From positions 79,013 through 143,012 of the forward strand of contig JACPNJ010000005.1 of assembly GCA_016185545.1 (NCBI GenBank): a stretch of DNA of 64,000 nucleotides, read 5' to 3'. This document shows positions 38,586 through 48,294 of this stretch, piece by piece. The first letter of the stretch is position 1. Every line of letters begins with the position of its first letter. The stretch comes from Candidatus Yanofskybacteria bacterium (GTDB lineage: Bacteria; Patescibacteriota; Minisyncoccia; 2-02-FULL-40-12; IGHO2-01-FULL-4-A). The notes below the pieces were generated by a model. It saw nothing but the letters and a program-made list of their open reading frames with translations, did no database searches and was not told the origin of the DNA. A program made the position numbers and the translations under genes.

Positions 38586-40793
38586 ATGAGCAAAGCGATA
38601 GAACCTAGACCAAAACTACCAGCCAGTTTGAAACTCTGGAAATACGAAATAGAACGGATCGGTAAAAAATACGGCTTGGATTTTTATCCGAATATAATTG
38701 TCATGGCCGACCATGAAGAAATATCGGAGTTGGCCGCTTATTCCGGCTATCCGGTTCGTTACCACCATTGGTTTTTCGGCCAGGAAAGTATCAAACTCAA
38801 AAAGTCATACCGCTGGGGATTGCACATTATCTATGAAATGGTCATACCCACCATTCCCTGCTACTCGTATTTTTTGGATGCCAATCCTGAAGTTACGCAA
38901 AAAGCTGTTATTGCCCACGCCTGCATCGGCCATAACGACTTTTTCAAAAATAACGCCTGGTTTCGCGATATTCCAAGAAATCTCCATCACCGTTTCGGCG
39001 ACAATGCCGAGCACATAGAGACCCTGCGTCTGGAAATTGGAACGGAAAAAGTAAATAAGTTTCTAGAGGCCTGCATGTCTCTGGATAATTTATTCAATCT
39101 CCTGGGGCCGATTATCATTCAAGAACACAAAACCGTTAAAACCAAAACAGAGAAAAGGTTTCCAAAACGTATTAAACCGCGGGATGAATTGCCTTTTTTC
39201 ATGGACCCATATATCAATCCTCCGGAATATCTGGAAAGGGAGCGTAAAAAAATAGAACAGGAAGAAAAACGGGAAGCCGATATTGAACGCAAATTGATTA
39301 CACCGCCGGAACCGGTCCGCGACATCTTGTATTTTCTTATGAATAACGCGCCACTGGAAAAGTGGCAACGTGAAGTTATACGGATAGTGCGCGAGGAATC
39401 GCTGTGCCTGGCTAAAGGCGGCCAGACGAAAATCATGAATGAGGGCTGGGCGGCATTCTGGGAAGCTAAAATTATGGCCGGAGAAGGCGTCGCCGTCGAT
39501 TCGGAGGTTTGCTCATTTGCCAAAACATTTGCGGGAGTCCAGCACAGCGGTCGTTTTAAAATAAACCCTTACTGTCTCGGTAAACAACTCTGGGACGACA
39601 TCAAGTTCCGTTGGGATACCGGCCGCCTTGGTGAAATCTGGAATAAATGCAAAGACGGGATTATAAAAGACAACTGGGAAGAATTTATTGTTTTCAAATC
39701 TCTTTATGATGAATTCGGCGGTATGACCGAAGAAGCAACCAGGTTGTGGAATGAATTCTCTACGCTTGTCCACGAAACTAGAGAAAACAAGGGTTGGATT
39801 AAAAAAGCATTCTTCTTGCCGGAAGATTGGATTTCGGAATGGTTGAAATACCGCGAGGCAGAAACAAAATTACCCGCGTTGGAAGAAGCTCTGGAATATA
39901 TAAAAAAACTTGAAGAAAAATACCGTTCAGAACGAAATGATTCGCTGGCACCACTGGCTACAAGACACAAAATCATGCTCAATTCATTATCTCCTTTCGC
40001 CTTTTGGGGTTCTGATGAATTAGGTCAGGAAATTGCCGGATACAGATTTTATCTGAATCTGCGCACTAAACTGGCAAACGGCGAAGTGCCAATTCATAAT
40101 GTTGAAATACCAGAACAATGGATTGGGTGGGCTGGTAAATATCAATTTTTGGGACGTTTGGGCCAAGGATACGAAAAAATATTTGAAGTTCGTGCGGTTT
40201 ATAATGATGTAAATTTCATTCAGGACTTCTTTAATCAGGATTTCTGTGATAAATACAGCTATTATACTTTTGGAATCGGCAAATCACCGCCGGGGTCGTT
40301 CTGGGGCGAAGATCGTCTTTTAATCAAATCCAGAAATTTTATAAGGGTTAGGAAATTGCTTATTGAAATGTGCCTAAACCTAGGCCAGCCGAAAATTGTT
40401 CTGCTTGACGCTAACTTCAACAACAATTCCGAGTTGCGGTTTGTGCATCTGTACGACGGCCGCGACACCTGCTATAACGGCTGCGCCGATTGTGGCAGGG
40501 CCGGATTGGGTATAAAAGAAGTGTTGGAACGGCTTTATCTTGTTTGGAATAAAGACAAACCGGTTCATTTGGAAACCGTAAAAACAGCTTGGCCGAAGAA
40601 AAAACCGCCTTGGTTTTATTGGTTTCCGACAGGATATACGCCTTCGAAATCAGGGATTGAAAAACCAACCAGAAGATGGGTCAGATACACTTACAACGGA
40701 AAAAATCATATAGAAGCGGTGGTTGGTAAGGCTGATATACACAACTGGGAAGCCATAAAAAAACTTCTACCCGTAGAACCAGAATTAACTTGA
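38586..40793 (+). CDS. spoVR: SpoVR/YcgB-family protein, unusually long (735 aa)
   Basis: N-terminal LKLWKYEIERIGKKYGLDFYPNIIVMADHEE... matches SpoVR; 9-nt gap after yhbH. Confidence 0.85.
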   Translation: MSKAIEPRPKLPASLKLWKYEIERIGKKYGLDFYPNIIVMADHEEISELAAYSGYPVRYHHWFFGQESIKLKKSYRWGLHIIYEMVIPTIPCYSYFLDANPEVTQKAVIAHACIGHNDFFKNNAWFRDIPRNLHHRFGDNAEHIETLRLEIGTEKVNKFLEACMSLDNLFNLLGPIIIQEHKTVKTKTEKRFPKRIKPRDELPFFMDPYINPPEYLERERKKIEQEEKREADIERKLITPPEPVRDILYFLMNNAPLEKWQREVIRIVREESLCLAKGGQTKIMNEGWAAFWEAKIMAGEGVAVDSEVCSFAKTFAGVQHSGRFKINPYCLGKQLWDDIKFRWDTGRLGEIWNKCKDGIIKDNWEEFIVFKSLYDEFGGMTEEATRLWNEFSTLVHETRENKGWIKKAFFLPEDWISEWLKYREAETKLPALEEALEYIKKLEEKYRSERNDSLAPLATRHKIMLNSLSPFAFWGSDELGQEIAGYRFYLNLRTKLANGEVPIHNVEIPEQWIGWAGKYQFLGRLGQGYEKIFEVRAVYNDVNFIQDFFNQDFCDKYSYYTFGIGKSPPGSFWGEDRLLIKSRNFIRVRKLLIEMCLNLGQPKIVLLDANFNNNSELRFVHLYDGRDTCYNGCADCGRAGLGIKEVLERLYLVWNKDKPVHLETVKTAWPKKKPPWFYWFPTGYTPSKSGIEKPTRRWVRYTYNGKNHIEAVVGKADIHNWEAIKKLLPVEPELT

Positions 40794-40833
40794 GATTGCT
40801 TATTAGCGCGACACCTTCGCGCTTTTTTATTGG

Positions 40834-41862
40834 TTAAAAAATTTTCCTGGCTAACCGGTAAACCAAATACCAAAATTTTGAAATCGGCAGGTCAAATGAG
40901 CCGGGGTATTCAATGGTATTGCCGCCCCAGCCGAGTTTGAAACGGGTAACGCCGGGCCATTTGCGCGGGTCAATACCCCAAAAATCATATCGTTTTAGAC
41001 CTTCCGCTTTTAATTGCTTCATTATGTGCCAGTGCAAGGCATAAGGAGCCATAAGTGCTCTGTTTTCGTAATCAGAAGCACCGTGTAAATAGTAACCAGC
41101 ATCGCCGTAAGTAAGAATTAAGGCCGTGGCGATCGGTTTGTCATGAGTTTTGTCGAAGGGTTTGTTGTTATGCTTGGCAAAATATAATTTGGTTTGAAGT
41201 CCGTTATAATCCAACAATTTTCTGTAATAGTCATCCGGGTGCGGATTAAATCTATCCCGTTTGGCGGTTTTTTTAAGCAATTTTAAGAAAGTTTCAACTT
41301 TTGCACGATATTCTGCACGACATGCGATGTCGTGCTTCTGCACGACATCGCATGTCGTGCAAGTTACCTCTTCGCCCACGATTATGCCACGTTTATCGGC
41401 AACACCGATATTGTAGCGGGTCTTGTGATGCATAGCCGCGAGTAATTCGTTTTCGCTTTTTGTTAAATCAACAACAACCGTCTTCGACGGTTGGATTTCT
41501 TTTTTTGATTTTTTAAAACCTGCCTCAACCAGCGCTTGGGCAATGCTATCAATAAGCGGTTCGGTTTTTATAAAAATTGACTTGCGTTTTTTGCTTTCTT
41601 CGCGCAACCACCTTACGAAATTCGCCACTGGATTCTTAAATCCGCCTATCATCTGATTGAAGTCAATCTCCGGCCCATGCGGTATATAAAGATAGCTTTT
41701 CCCAAACGGTAAATTGTGTTTAATTATTTTGGCGCTTATTACAGGAGGTTGAGCCTCTTTACTTAGAGGCTCAACCTCTAAGTTTTCCGGGTATTCCAAA
41801 ACCTCCCGCCCCAGCGATTTCTGAAATTTCGTCCATTCTCTTGACTGAAGAAATGAGGTCAT
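40834..41862 (-). CDS. FemAB-family peptidoglycan bridge-forming aminoacyltransferase
   Basis: LQSREWTKFQ N-terminus; YALHWHIMKQLKAEGLKRYDFWGI...FKLGWGG C-terminus; carries two different palindromic insertions. Confidence 0.7.
   Translation of the reverse strand: MTSFLQSREWTKFQKSLGREVLEYPENLEVEPLSKEAQPPVISAKIIKHNLPFGKSYLYIPHGPEIDFNQMIGGFKNPVANFVRWLREESKKRKSIFIKTEPLIDSIAQALVEAGFKKSKKEIQPSKTVVVDLTKSENELLAAMHHKTRYNIGVADKRGIIVGEEVTCTTCDVVQKHDIACRAEYRAKVETFLKLLKKTAKRDRFNPHPDDYYRKLLDYNGLQTKLYFAKHNNKPFDKTHDKPIATALILTYGDAGYYLHGASDYENRALMAPYALHWHIMKQLKAEGLKRYDFWGIDPRKWPGVTRFKLGWGGNTIEYPGSFDLPISKFWYLVYRLARKIF
41311..41360. repeat. palindromic element family C: 25-bp unit ttctgcacgacatgcgatgtcgtgc followed by its inverted-core copy, in frame in the FemAB-like gene
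   Basis: gcacgacatgcgatgtcgtgc is self-complementary except the centre; encodes TCTTCDVVQKHDIACRAE. Confidence 0.8.
41745..41783. repeat. family A palindromic element (GAGGTTGAGCCTC-N8-GAGGCTCAACCTC) in frame in the FemAB-like gene
   Basis: Encodes ..NLEVEPLSKEAQPP.. Confidence 0.8.
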
Positions 41863-42452
41863 TATTTTTTACTGCCTAGAATTTTGAGTGCTTCCTTTAT
41901 TTTTTCTTCCGAAGTTTTGGCGGTTTTGGCGACTTGTTTTAATACATCACGCGCTTGATATTGCGAATACCCAAGCGTCATAAGGGCATCAATCGCGTCA
42001 GAGTCGGTACCTACATCAGAGTCAGCCACAGCACCGATATCCGCAGTCATAATTTTATTTTTAAGTTCAAGCACTAGCCGGTGTGCGGTTTTTTCGCCTA
42101 TGCCGGAAACCTTATGCAAATAATCACCGTCGCCGCGTATTATGCCGATTTGGAGCGTCTGTAAATCAGCCGAAGCCAAAATCGCCTGCGCTGACTTTGG
42201 CCCGATACCCGACACAGTGGTAAGCAGTTCAAAGAAGTTTAATTCTTCCGGCGTGGTAAAACCGTATAACTCCACCGAGCCGTCTCTGGGACTGGTTTGA
42301 TAGTGCGTAAAAAGCTTGACCTGTGAGCCAATTTTTGCTATACTATTCAGATTCTTTGCCGGCATGGTAACGCGATAACCCACGCCATGGACATCAACAA
42401 TAGCGTATTTGCCCGAAATTGCCTGAATTGTGCCGTTTATGTAACCAATCAA
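41862..42452 (-). CDS. ruvA: Holliday junction DNA helicase RuvA
   Basis: 196 aa; OB domain plus HhH pairs plus C-terminal domain; TTG start. Confidence 0.88.
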   Translation of the reverse strand: MIGYINGTIQAISGKYAIVDVHGVGYRVTMPAKNLNSIAKIGSQVKLFTHYQTSPRDGSVELYGFTTPEELNFFELLTTVSGIGPKSAQAILASADLQTLQIGIIRGDGDYLHKVSGIGEKTAHRLVLELKNKIMTADIGAVADSDVGTDSDAIDALMTLGYSQYQARDVLKQVAKTAKTSEEKIKEALKILGSKK

Positions 42453-42457
42453 GGAAA

Positions 42458-42488
42458 GAATCTAGAATCTAGAATCTAGAAACTAGAA
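42458..42488. repeat. (GAATCTA)x3 + GAAACTA heptamer array abutting the ruvA start
   Basis: gaatctagaatctagaatctagaaactagaatt. Confidence 0.85.
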
Positions 42489-42552
42489 TTAAGAGTTAAT
42501 TTAATCATAAGACGACTGGCTGTTTTTTGCAAAAGAATGTTTAAGTTATCCT

Positions 42553-42580
42553 CAAAATTCCCGCCTACGCCAAGGCTTCG
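42553..42580 (+). promoter_or_regulatory. 5' leader hairpin cccgcc-TACGCCAAGGCTTC-ggcggg 25 nt upstream of uvrB
   Basis: Same loop as 30369 and as the leader elements at 31596 and 60729. Confidence 0.4.
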
Positions 42581-42604
42581 GCGGGCAAGCAAACCATAAC
42601 ATAA

Positions 42605-44611
42605 ATGTTCAAGCTAAGTTCTAAATTTAGCCCTACTGGAGACCAGCCCAATGCCATAGCGAAATTAACTCGCGGGCTTGAGCGCGGAACAAAACATCAA
42701 ACGCTGGTTGGAGTAACCGGCTCTGGCAAAACATACACAATTGCTAATGTAATCGCCAATATCAAAAAACCGACACTGATTATTTCTCATAACAAAACAC
42801 TTGCCGCCCAGCTTTATCAGGAGTTCCGGGAATTTTTCCCGCACAATTCGGTACATTATTTCGTCAGTTACTACGACTATTACCAGCCCGAGGCTTATAT
42901 CCCACACACCGACACCTACATAGAAAAAGATGCGCGCATCAATGAGGAGATTGACCGCCTGCGCCACGCGGCAACACAAGCGGTTATGACGCGCGATGAC
43001 ATCATTGTAGTTGCTTCGGTTTCCTGTATCTATAATCTCGGCTCGCCGGACGATTATCAAAAATTGTCGTTCCGACTTTTTGAAGGACAAAAAATAAACC
43101 CTCGCGAGTTAGTTTTATCGCTTCTAAAACTTCAGTATGCCCAAGACATAGAGCTCAAACGCGGAACATTCCGTAAATCTGTTAACGAAATAGAAATAGT
43201 TTCAGCCACCGGCGACAAGATAACTAAAATAAAAGTCCACGGAAATAAGATTGAACGGGTAACCGTTGCTGAAGGCGTGGATTTAGATTCACTTATTTAC
43301 AACGACCCGACTTATGAAAGAATCGTGGAAACCCAAATTTATCCGGCAAAATATTGGATAGCAACCGATGATAAAGTTGATATAGCCATACAAAATATCA
43401 AAGCAGAGCTACAACAGCATCTCAAAAAATTGGAGCGCGAAGGATTGGCCCTGGAAGCGGCTAGATTAAAAGAGCGCACCGAACGCGACATCCAAATGAT
43501 AAAACAAACCGGCTATTGCCACGGCATTGAAAATTATTCGCGCCACCTTGATTTTCGCGCTCCCGGCGCGCCGCCTTTTACAATGCTGGATTTCTTTAAG
43601 ACGAAAGGTGAGTTTTTGACGGTTTTGGACGAATCCCATCTGACAATTCCACAATTAAACGGCATGCACTCCGGAGATTATTCACGCAAAATGACTTTGG
43701 TTGAATACGGCTTTCGCCTGCCATCGGCACTTGACAATCGTCCGCTTCGGTTTGATGAATTTAAGAAAAATATCGGCCAAACAATTTATATGTCAGCTAC
43801 ACCAAAAGAGTACGAGCTTAAAAAATCAGGTAAAAGCGGGGTGGCAGAACAGCTTGTCAGACCCACGGGACTGCTTGATCCGACAATTGAAATCAGGCCG
43901 ACTAAAAATCAGATAAAACACTTGCTCGGTGAAATAAAAAAACGCATAACCAACGGCCAGAGGGTTTTGGTTACAACTCTCACCAAAAGAATGGCTGAGG
44001 ATTTGTCAGAACATTTGGCCGACAACGGCATCAAAGTCAACTACATACATTCGGAAATAAAAACTCTCCAACGGCTTGAAATTATACACGACCTGCGGCT
44101 CGGCAATTATGATGCAATCGTGGGCGTTAATTTGCTGCGTGAAGGATTGGACCTGCCGGAAGTTTCACTTATAGCAATTTTGGATGCCGATAAAGAGGGA
44201 TTCCTTCGCAACACCACAACATTGATTCAGACCATGGGACGCGCAGCACGGCACGTTGATGGCCACGTTATTATGTATGCTGACAAAGTTACGCGCTCAA
44301 TGGCTAATGCCATCAAGGAGACCGAACGCCGGCGTAAAATACAGGAGGAATTTAATCTCAAGCATGGCATCACCCCCACAACAATCATAAAAGCAGTCAA
44401 GCGTTCCGATTTGCCGTCAGCAAAAAAGGCACGCATCAGCAAGTGGTACAGTTATGATCCGACCGACAAAGAAACAGAAATTGAGCATCTTACGCCTACA
44501 GCGCAAATGGAACGCCTGCAAAAAGAAATGGAACGGGCAGTCAAAGAACTCAAATTTGAAAAAGCAATGTATCTGCGAGAGCAGATGCTAAAATTACGCA
44601 AACAGCTTTAG
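42605..44611 (+). CDS. uvrB: excinuclease ABC subunit B
   Basis: 668 aa; full UvrB architecture including C-terminal UVR domain. Confidence 0.95.
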   Translation: MFKLSSKFSPTGDQPNAIAKLTRGLERGTKHQTLVGVTGSGKTYTIANVIANIKKPTLIISHNKTLAAQLYQEFREFFPHNSVHYFVSYYDYYQPEAYIPHTDTYIEKDARINEEIDRLRHAATQAVMTRDDIIVVASVSCIYNLGSPDDYQKLSFRLFEGQKINPRELVLSLLKLQYAQDIELKRGTFRKSVNEIEIVSATGDKITKIKVHGNKIERVTVAEGVDLDSLIYNDPTYERIVETQIYPAKYWIATDDKVDIAIQNIKAELQQHLKKLEREGLALEAARLKERTERDIQMIKQTGYCHGIENYSRHLDFRAPGAPPFTMLDFFKTKGEFLTVLDESHLTIPQLNGMHSGDYSRKMTLVEYGFRLPSALDNRPLRFDEFKKNIGQTIYMSATPKEYELKKSGKSGVAEQLVRPTGLLDPTIEIRPTKNQIKHLLGEIKKRITNGQRVLVTTLTKRMAEDLSEHLADNGIKVNYIHSEIKTLQRLEIIHDLRLGNYDAIVGVNLLREGLDLPEVSLIAILDADKEGFLRNTTTLIQTMGRAARHVDGHVIMYADKVTRSMANAIKETERRRKIQEEFNLKHGITPTTIIKAVKRSDLPSAKKARISKWYSYDPTDKETEIEHLTPTAQMERLQKEMERAVKELKFEKAMYLREQMLKLRKQL

Positions 44612-44753
44612 ATTCCTAAAAAATTACAAACTTTATTAGTAGAAAGATTGATCCACCGGCTACGCGCACGTGTTTTGCTGGCCCTTCGGGACAGGCGCAA
44701 AACGCGCGCGCCTCCGCCGGTAGAAACATCCTTTTCTTAGTAATTAACAAAGT

Positions 44754-44820
44754 GATAAAAATCACCCCCGACTCCGCCTGCAGGCGGAGTCGGGGGTTTC
44801 CGGTTTGTAATTTTTGATAA
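44754..44820 (+). repeat. small repetitive extragenic module: GATAAAAATCACCCCC - 14-bp GC hairpin - GGTTTGTAATTTTTGAT; the hairpin doubles as a terminator
   Basis: Hairpin cccccgactccgcc tgca ggcggagtcggggg at 44765..44796; same end motifs as 47928, 48240 and 55633. Confidence 0.6.
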
Positions 44821-45005
44821 ATCACCAAAAGTTATTTAAAACTTACATACCCAAAACGCACACTCTCTTGACACACGATAGGCATATATGCTAACCTATT
44901 CATGATGCTGGCTGATTATAAAAAGCCAAGCAGAACAACTACTGGAGAGCCACAAAAGCCCCGGCAGGTATGATCTTTTTCAATTGAATAAGGAGGAAGA
45001 AAAAA

Positions 45006-46366
45006 TGCAAGAATTTACATTTTTGTCAGTACTTGGGGTTTCCCTTGCTGTTATTGTGACAATGACTGTTGTCGTTTCCATTATGTTCCGACGAGTGGTT
45101 AGCACCAACACTGTACACATTGTGCAGAGTAGGCGCAAAACAACTCCATATGGTACAACATTGAGCTTCGGCAACGTCTATTACCGTTGGCCATCGTGGC
45201 TTCCTTATTTTGGTGTAACGGTCATTGAGTTGCCAGTAAGCAACTTTGACCTTTCATTGAAAGATTATGAGGCCTATGACAAGGATCGTGTACCTTTCAA
45301 GGTCGATGTTACATCATTTTTCCGCATCAAAGATACGGCTCTTGCCGCACAGCGCGTGGCCAGTATTAGAGAACTTGAAGAACAACTTTCACTTATTGTA
45401 CAGGGTGCCGTCCGTAAGGTTCTTGCCTCGGATGTTATTGATTCAATCATGCTTGAGCGTTCCAAATTCGGCGAGCAATTCACCAGTGAGGTGAGTGAGC
45501 AATTGAAGGAGTGGGGCGTCGAGTCGGTCAAGTCCATGGAACTCATGGATATTCGTGATAGTCACGAAAGTAAGGTCATCTCCAATATTATGGCTAAAAA
45601 GACCTCGCACATTGAAATGCAAAGTCGGGTGGAAGTTGCAAATAACCTGAAAACTGCCAAAGCAGCAGAGATTGAGGCCAAGCAGATAGTTGACGTTCGC
45701 CAACAAGAAGCCGATGAAGCAGTTGGCAAGCGTACAGCCGAAAAAGACAAACAGGTCGGCATCGCCCAGCAGCAATCTCGCCAGGAAGTTTTGACGCAGG
45801 AGAAGCAAACACAGGAACGCAGCATGGACGTGAAACGTGTTGAGCAAGTTCGACTGGCAGAAATTACTAAGGAAAAGGAAGTTGTGACTGCCGAGCAGAA
45901 CAAACAGACCACCATCATCAAAGCCGATGGTACTCTAGAAGCTCAGCGCAAAGAAGCCGCAGGAATTGAAGCCATTGGTCTCGCGAGGGCCGAAGCCGAA
46001 AAAGCTATGCAACTGGCACCCGTCACAGCGCAAATTACTCTTGCCAAGGAAATCGGTGAAAATGCCGGATATCAGCAGTATCTCGCTATGATTGAGTCTA
46101 TCAAGGCGTACTTAGAAGTTGGCGGTAAGCAGGCTGAAGCTCTACAGAGGGCCGACGTCAAAATTATTGCTAACACTGGCAATCCAACCACAGGCATGAA
46201 AAATGTTATGGACCTTTTCACGTCTAAGGGCGGGACGGAATTGTCTGCCATGATTGAAGCGTTTGCGCAAACACCGCTTGGCAAAGCAGTGCTTACCACC
46301 CTTGGCATCAAAACCGAATCCACAACAATCGGCACGCCAACTGGTAAAGAGACAACGGAAAACTAA
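45006..46366 (+). CDS. flotillin / SPFH (band 7) domain protein
   Basis: N-terminal TM; SPFH domain; long EA-rich coiled coil; GC visibly higher than flanks. Confidence 0.7.
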
Positions 46367-46486
46367 CTAGCTATCATGGGGAGACATTCTCCCTTTTTAA
46401 TTTGAAAAAGAGTTGTTGTAAAAAAATCACGATTTAAAGATGCATTTTATTGAGCAAATATATTTTTTATGTTAAAATATTAATTA

Positions 46487-46559
46487 CCGCCCCTAGCTCA
46501 ATTGGCAGAGCAGCTCCCTTTTAAGGAGAAGGTTCCGCGTTCGATTCGCGGGGGGCGGA
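46487..46559 (+). tRNA. tRNA-Lys (anticodon UUU)
   Basis: Hand-folded cloverleaf: acceptor ccgcccc/ggggcgg, D-arm gctc..gagc, anticodon loop cTTTTaa, T-arm ccgcg-ttcgatt-cgcgg; no encoded CCA. Confidence 0.85.
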
Positions 46560-46563
46560 CAAA

Positions 46564-46610
46564 TCTTATCAATTATAAAATCCGCCTCAAGCGGATTTTA
46601 TAATTGATAA
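46564..46610. terminator. perfect 20-bp hairpin ttatcaattataaaatccgc-ctcaa-gcggattttataattgataa between tRNA-Lys and the convergent HD gene
   Basis: Direct reading; overlaps the HD gene stop codon. Confidence 0.6.
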
Positions 46611-47882
46611 CCGACATATTCAGAGACTAGATCAAAGACTTCTTTCCATTTGGAATAGAGCGCTTCGCGATGTTCGGGAACCACACAAACCCTGACACAT
46701 AGATATTTATCCAATTCTCTTTCCAAGAGTTCAAAATAGCTCGGGTCTTGTTGTTTAAGGGAGTAAATACGCGGACCATCAAAAAGCGTAATATCCTCAG
46801 GAATAAAACGGTTTTTTTCCACTATGTGGCTTACCGCTACCTTCCAACCTTCAACGCCTAGCAATTTAGCAATAGAGGTTTCTATTCTTTCCAGATCTGC
46901 TGCGCTGGATTTTATAAAAAACCTGTCAAAAAAATCCTTGCCGACCTCAATTACCTTAATCTGTTTACCGGCATGCCGCTCCAGCCACATATAGCCGGTC
47001 AACCGTATGGAAAGCGCGGTTTTGGGAAAATGGCGCACACCGCTATCAAAAATCGCTATGCCGTTTTTTACTGTTTCGTCTTTACATTTTTTCAAAGCGT
47101 GAATCAGGTCGCCGTCGACCATTTCCCATAATTCATCTTCTGTAATTCCTCCTAATTTTTTTGGGGTATGCAATAACCGGTACATCAATTTTTGCATGAA
47201 GCGCTGGATGATATAGGCGCTTTTTTCCAGATGAACGTTACGGTAAAAATAAATATAGGCTCGCTGTATCTCAATGGCCGCATCCAGCGTTTTAAGATCA
47301 ACGAGGAGCTTGCCGTTTCGGTATTCCAGATGGTTAAAGACGCTCTCCACGCAACGGCGGATGTTCGGGCCGAATTCAGTCGCTTCCTGGTCGCGGACAA
47401 GGTAATCCATTTTTTCCATGCCGAAGTTCTTGTCACTGACTATCTGCCAGGCAGGGTTATTCCTTTTCATGTAACTTCTTATCAATTTAATGTCACCGCC
47501 GCATTTCTTAATATCACCGGCCATCCGATCTACAATTTTTAAACCGTATTCTTTGTGGTTTATTTTAGTAAAGGGCTCAATGATGTGGGAAAAAGGACCG
47601 TGTCCGATATCATGCAGAAGAGCGTAAAGGCCAAGATTGTGTGCTTCTTTTTTGGTTAAAAAACCGCGCTCAACCATCCGCACGGTAAATTCGCAAGTTT
47701 TGACATACGCACCCATCGAGTGCTGACGCCGGTCATGGGTCGCCCCCGGAAATACCAGATAGCTGAAAGCAAGCTGGCGTTTATCGCTTAAACGGCGAAA
47801 AAAATGATTGTCCACGATCGGAGAGATGCTCCCCTTATCCACCTGTCCAATCCCCGGCCAAGGAATCCATTTGTGACTACTC
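46598..47882 (-). CDS. HD-domain phosphohydrolase, dGTPase-like
   Basis: HSMGAY...LLHDIGHGPFSH HD motif; length of about 430 aa fits the dGTP triphosphohydrolase-like family. Confidence 0.7.
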
Positions 47883-47927
47883 ATCTTTTGATTAAATATC
47901 AAAAAACACAAAAAATCAAATTGCTAC

Positions 47928-47966
47928 ATCAAAAATTACAAACCCCGCTCCACCCCCTAATTTTTC
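47928..47966 (-). repeat. repetitive module copy (ATCAAAAATTACAAACC ... CCCCCTAATTTTT), left TIR of a ~357-bp MITE-like unit
   Basis: 17-bp perfect inverted match with 48268..48284. Confidence 0.6.
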
Positions 47967-47998
47967 TTCCTGTATCATGCCTTCATTACAAATTGCGG

Positions 47999-48203
47999 TC
48001 ACTGGCTAAATTGTCGGACACAGACCAGGACCGAATTTCTTAACGACTTGCCGTGCATAAATGCACAAGGCAAGTCTAAAATTCGGGATTGAAATGAAGC
48101 AGTTCATTTCAATCGTCCGTTTGCCGCTTGAAAACTTCGCCTATTGGCTCGTTTTCTGCGCGTTTTCCGACTAGTCCTAGTGTTACCCGACAATTCTTAA
48201 CGC
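47999..48203 (-). ncRNA. structured element copy L (about 205 bp; candidate ncRNA, RNA sense probably on the minus strand)
   Basis: Inverted homolog of 55912..56026 (about 90% over shared parts) with a 9-bp closing helix aattgtcgg/ccgacaatt, a compensatory hairpin difference (gcc-aata-ggc vs agct-tt-agct) and a ~95-bp nested insertion of two perfect hairpins. Confidence 0.5.
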
Positions 48204-48239
48204 CAGTTCCCTTATTTGTATAATCGGCAGATAATGTCA

Positions 48240-48284
48240 GAAAAATTAGGGGGTTGCGCTTGATACGGTTTGTAATTTTTGATA
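48240..48284 (+). repeat. repetitive module copy (GAAAAATTAGGGGG...GGTTTGTAATTTTTGATA), right TIR of the MITE-like unit
   Basis: Inverted partner of 47928..47944. Confidence 0.6.
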
Positions 48285-48294
48285 GGGTAAGCGG

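Noticed and set aside
44616-44828. 70-aa minus-strand ORF downstream of uvrB
   Set aside because: It spans two strong hairpins and the repeat module, so it is structured non-coding DNA.
46487-47966. Integrase or transposase expected next to tRNA-Lys and the MITE-like inverted repeats
   Set aside because: No ORF in the window resembles a tyrosine or serine recombinase, DDE transposase or TnpB. The elements appear non-autonomous.
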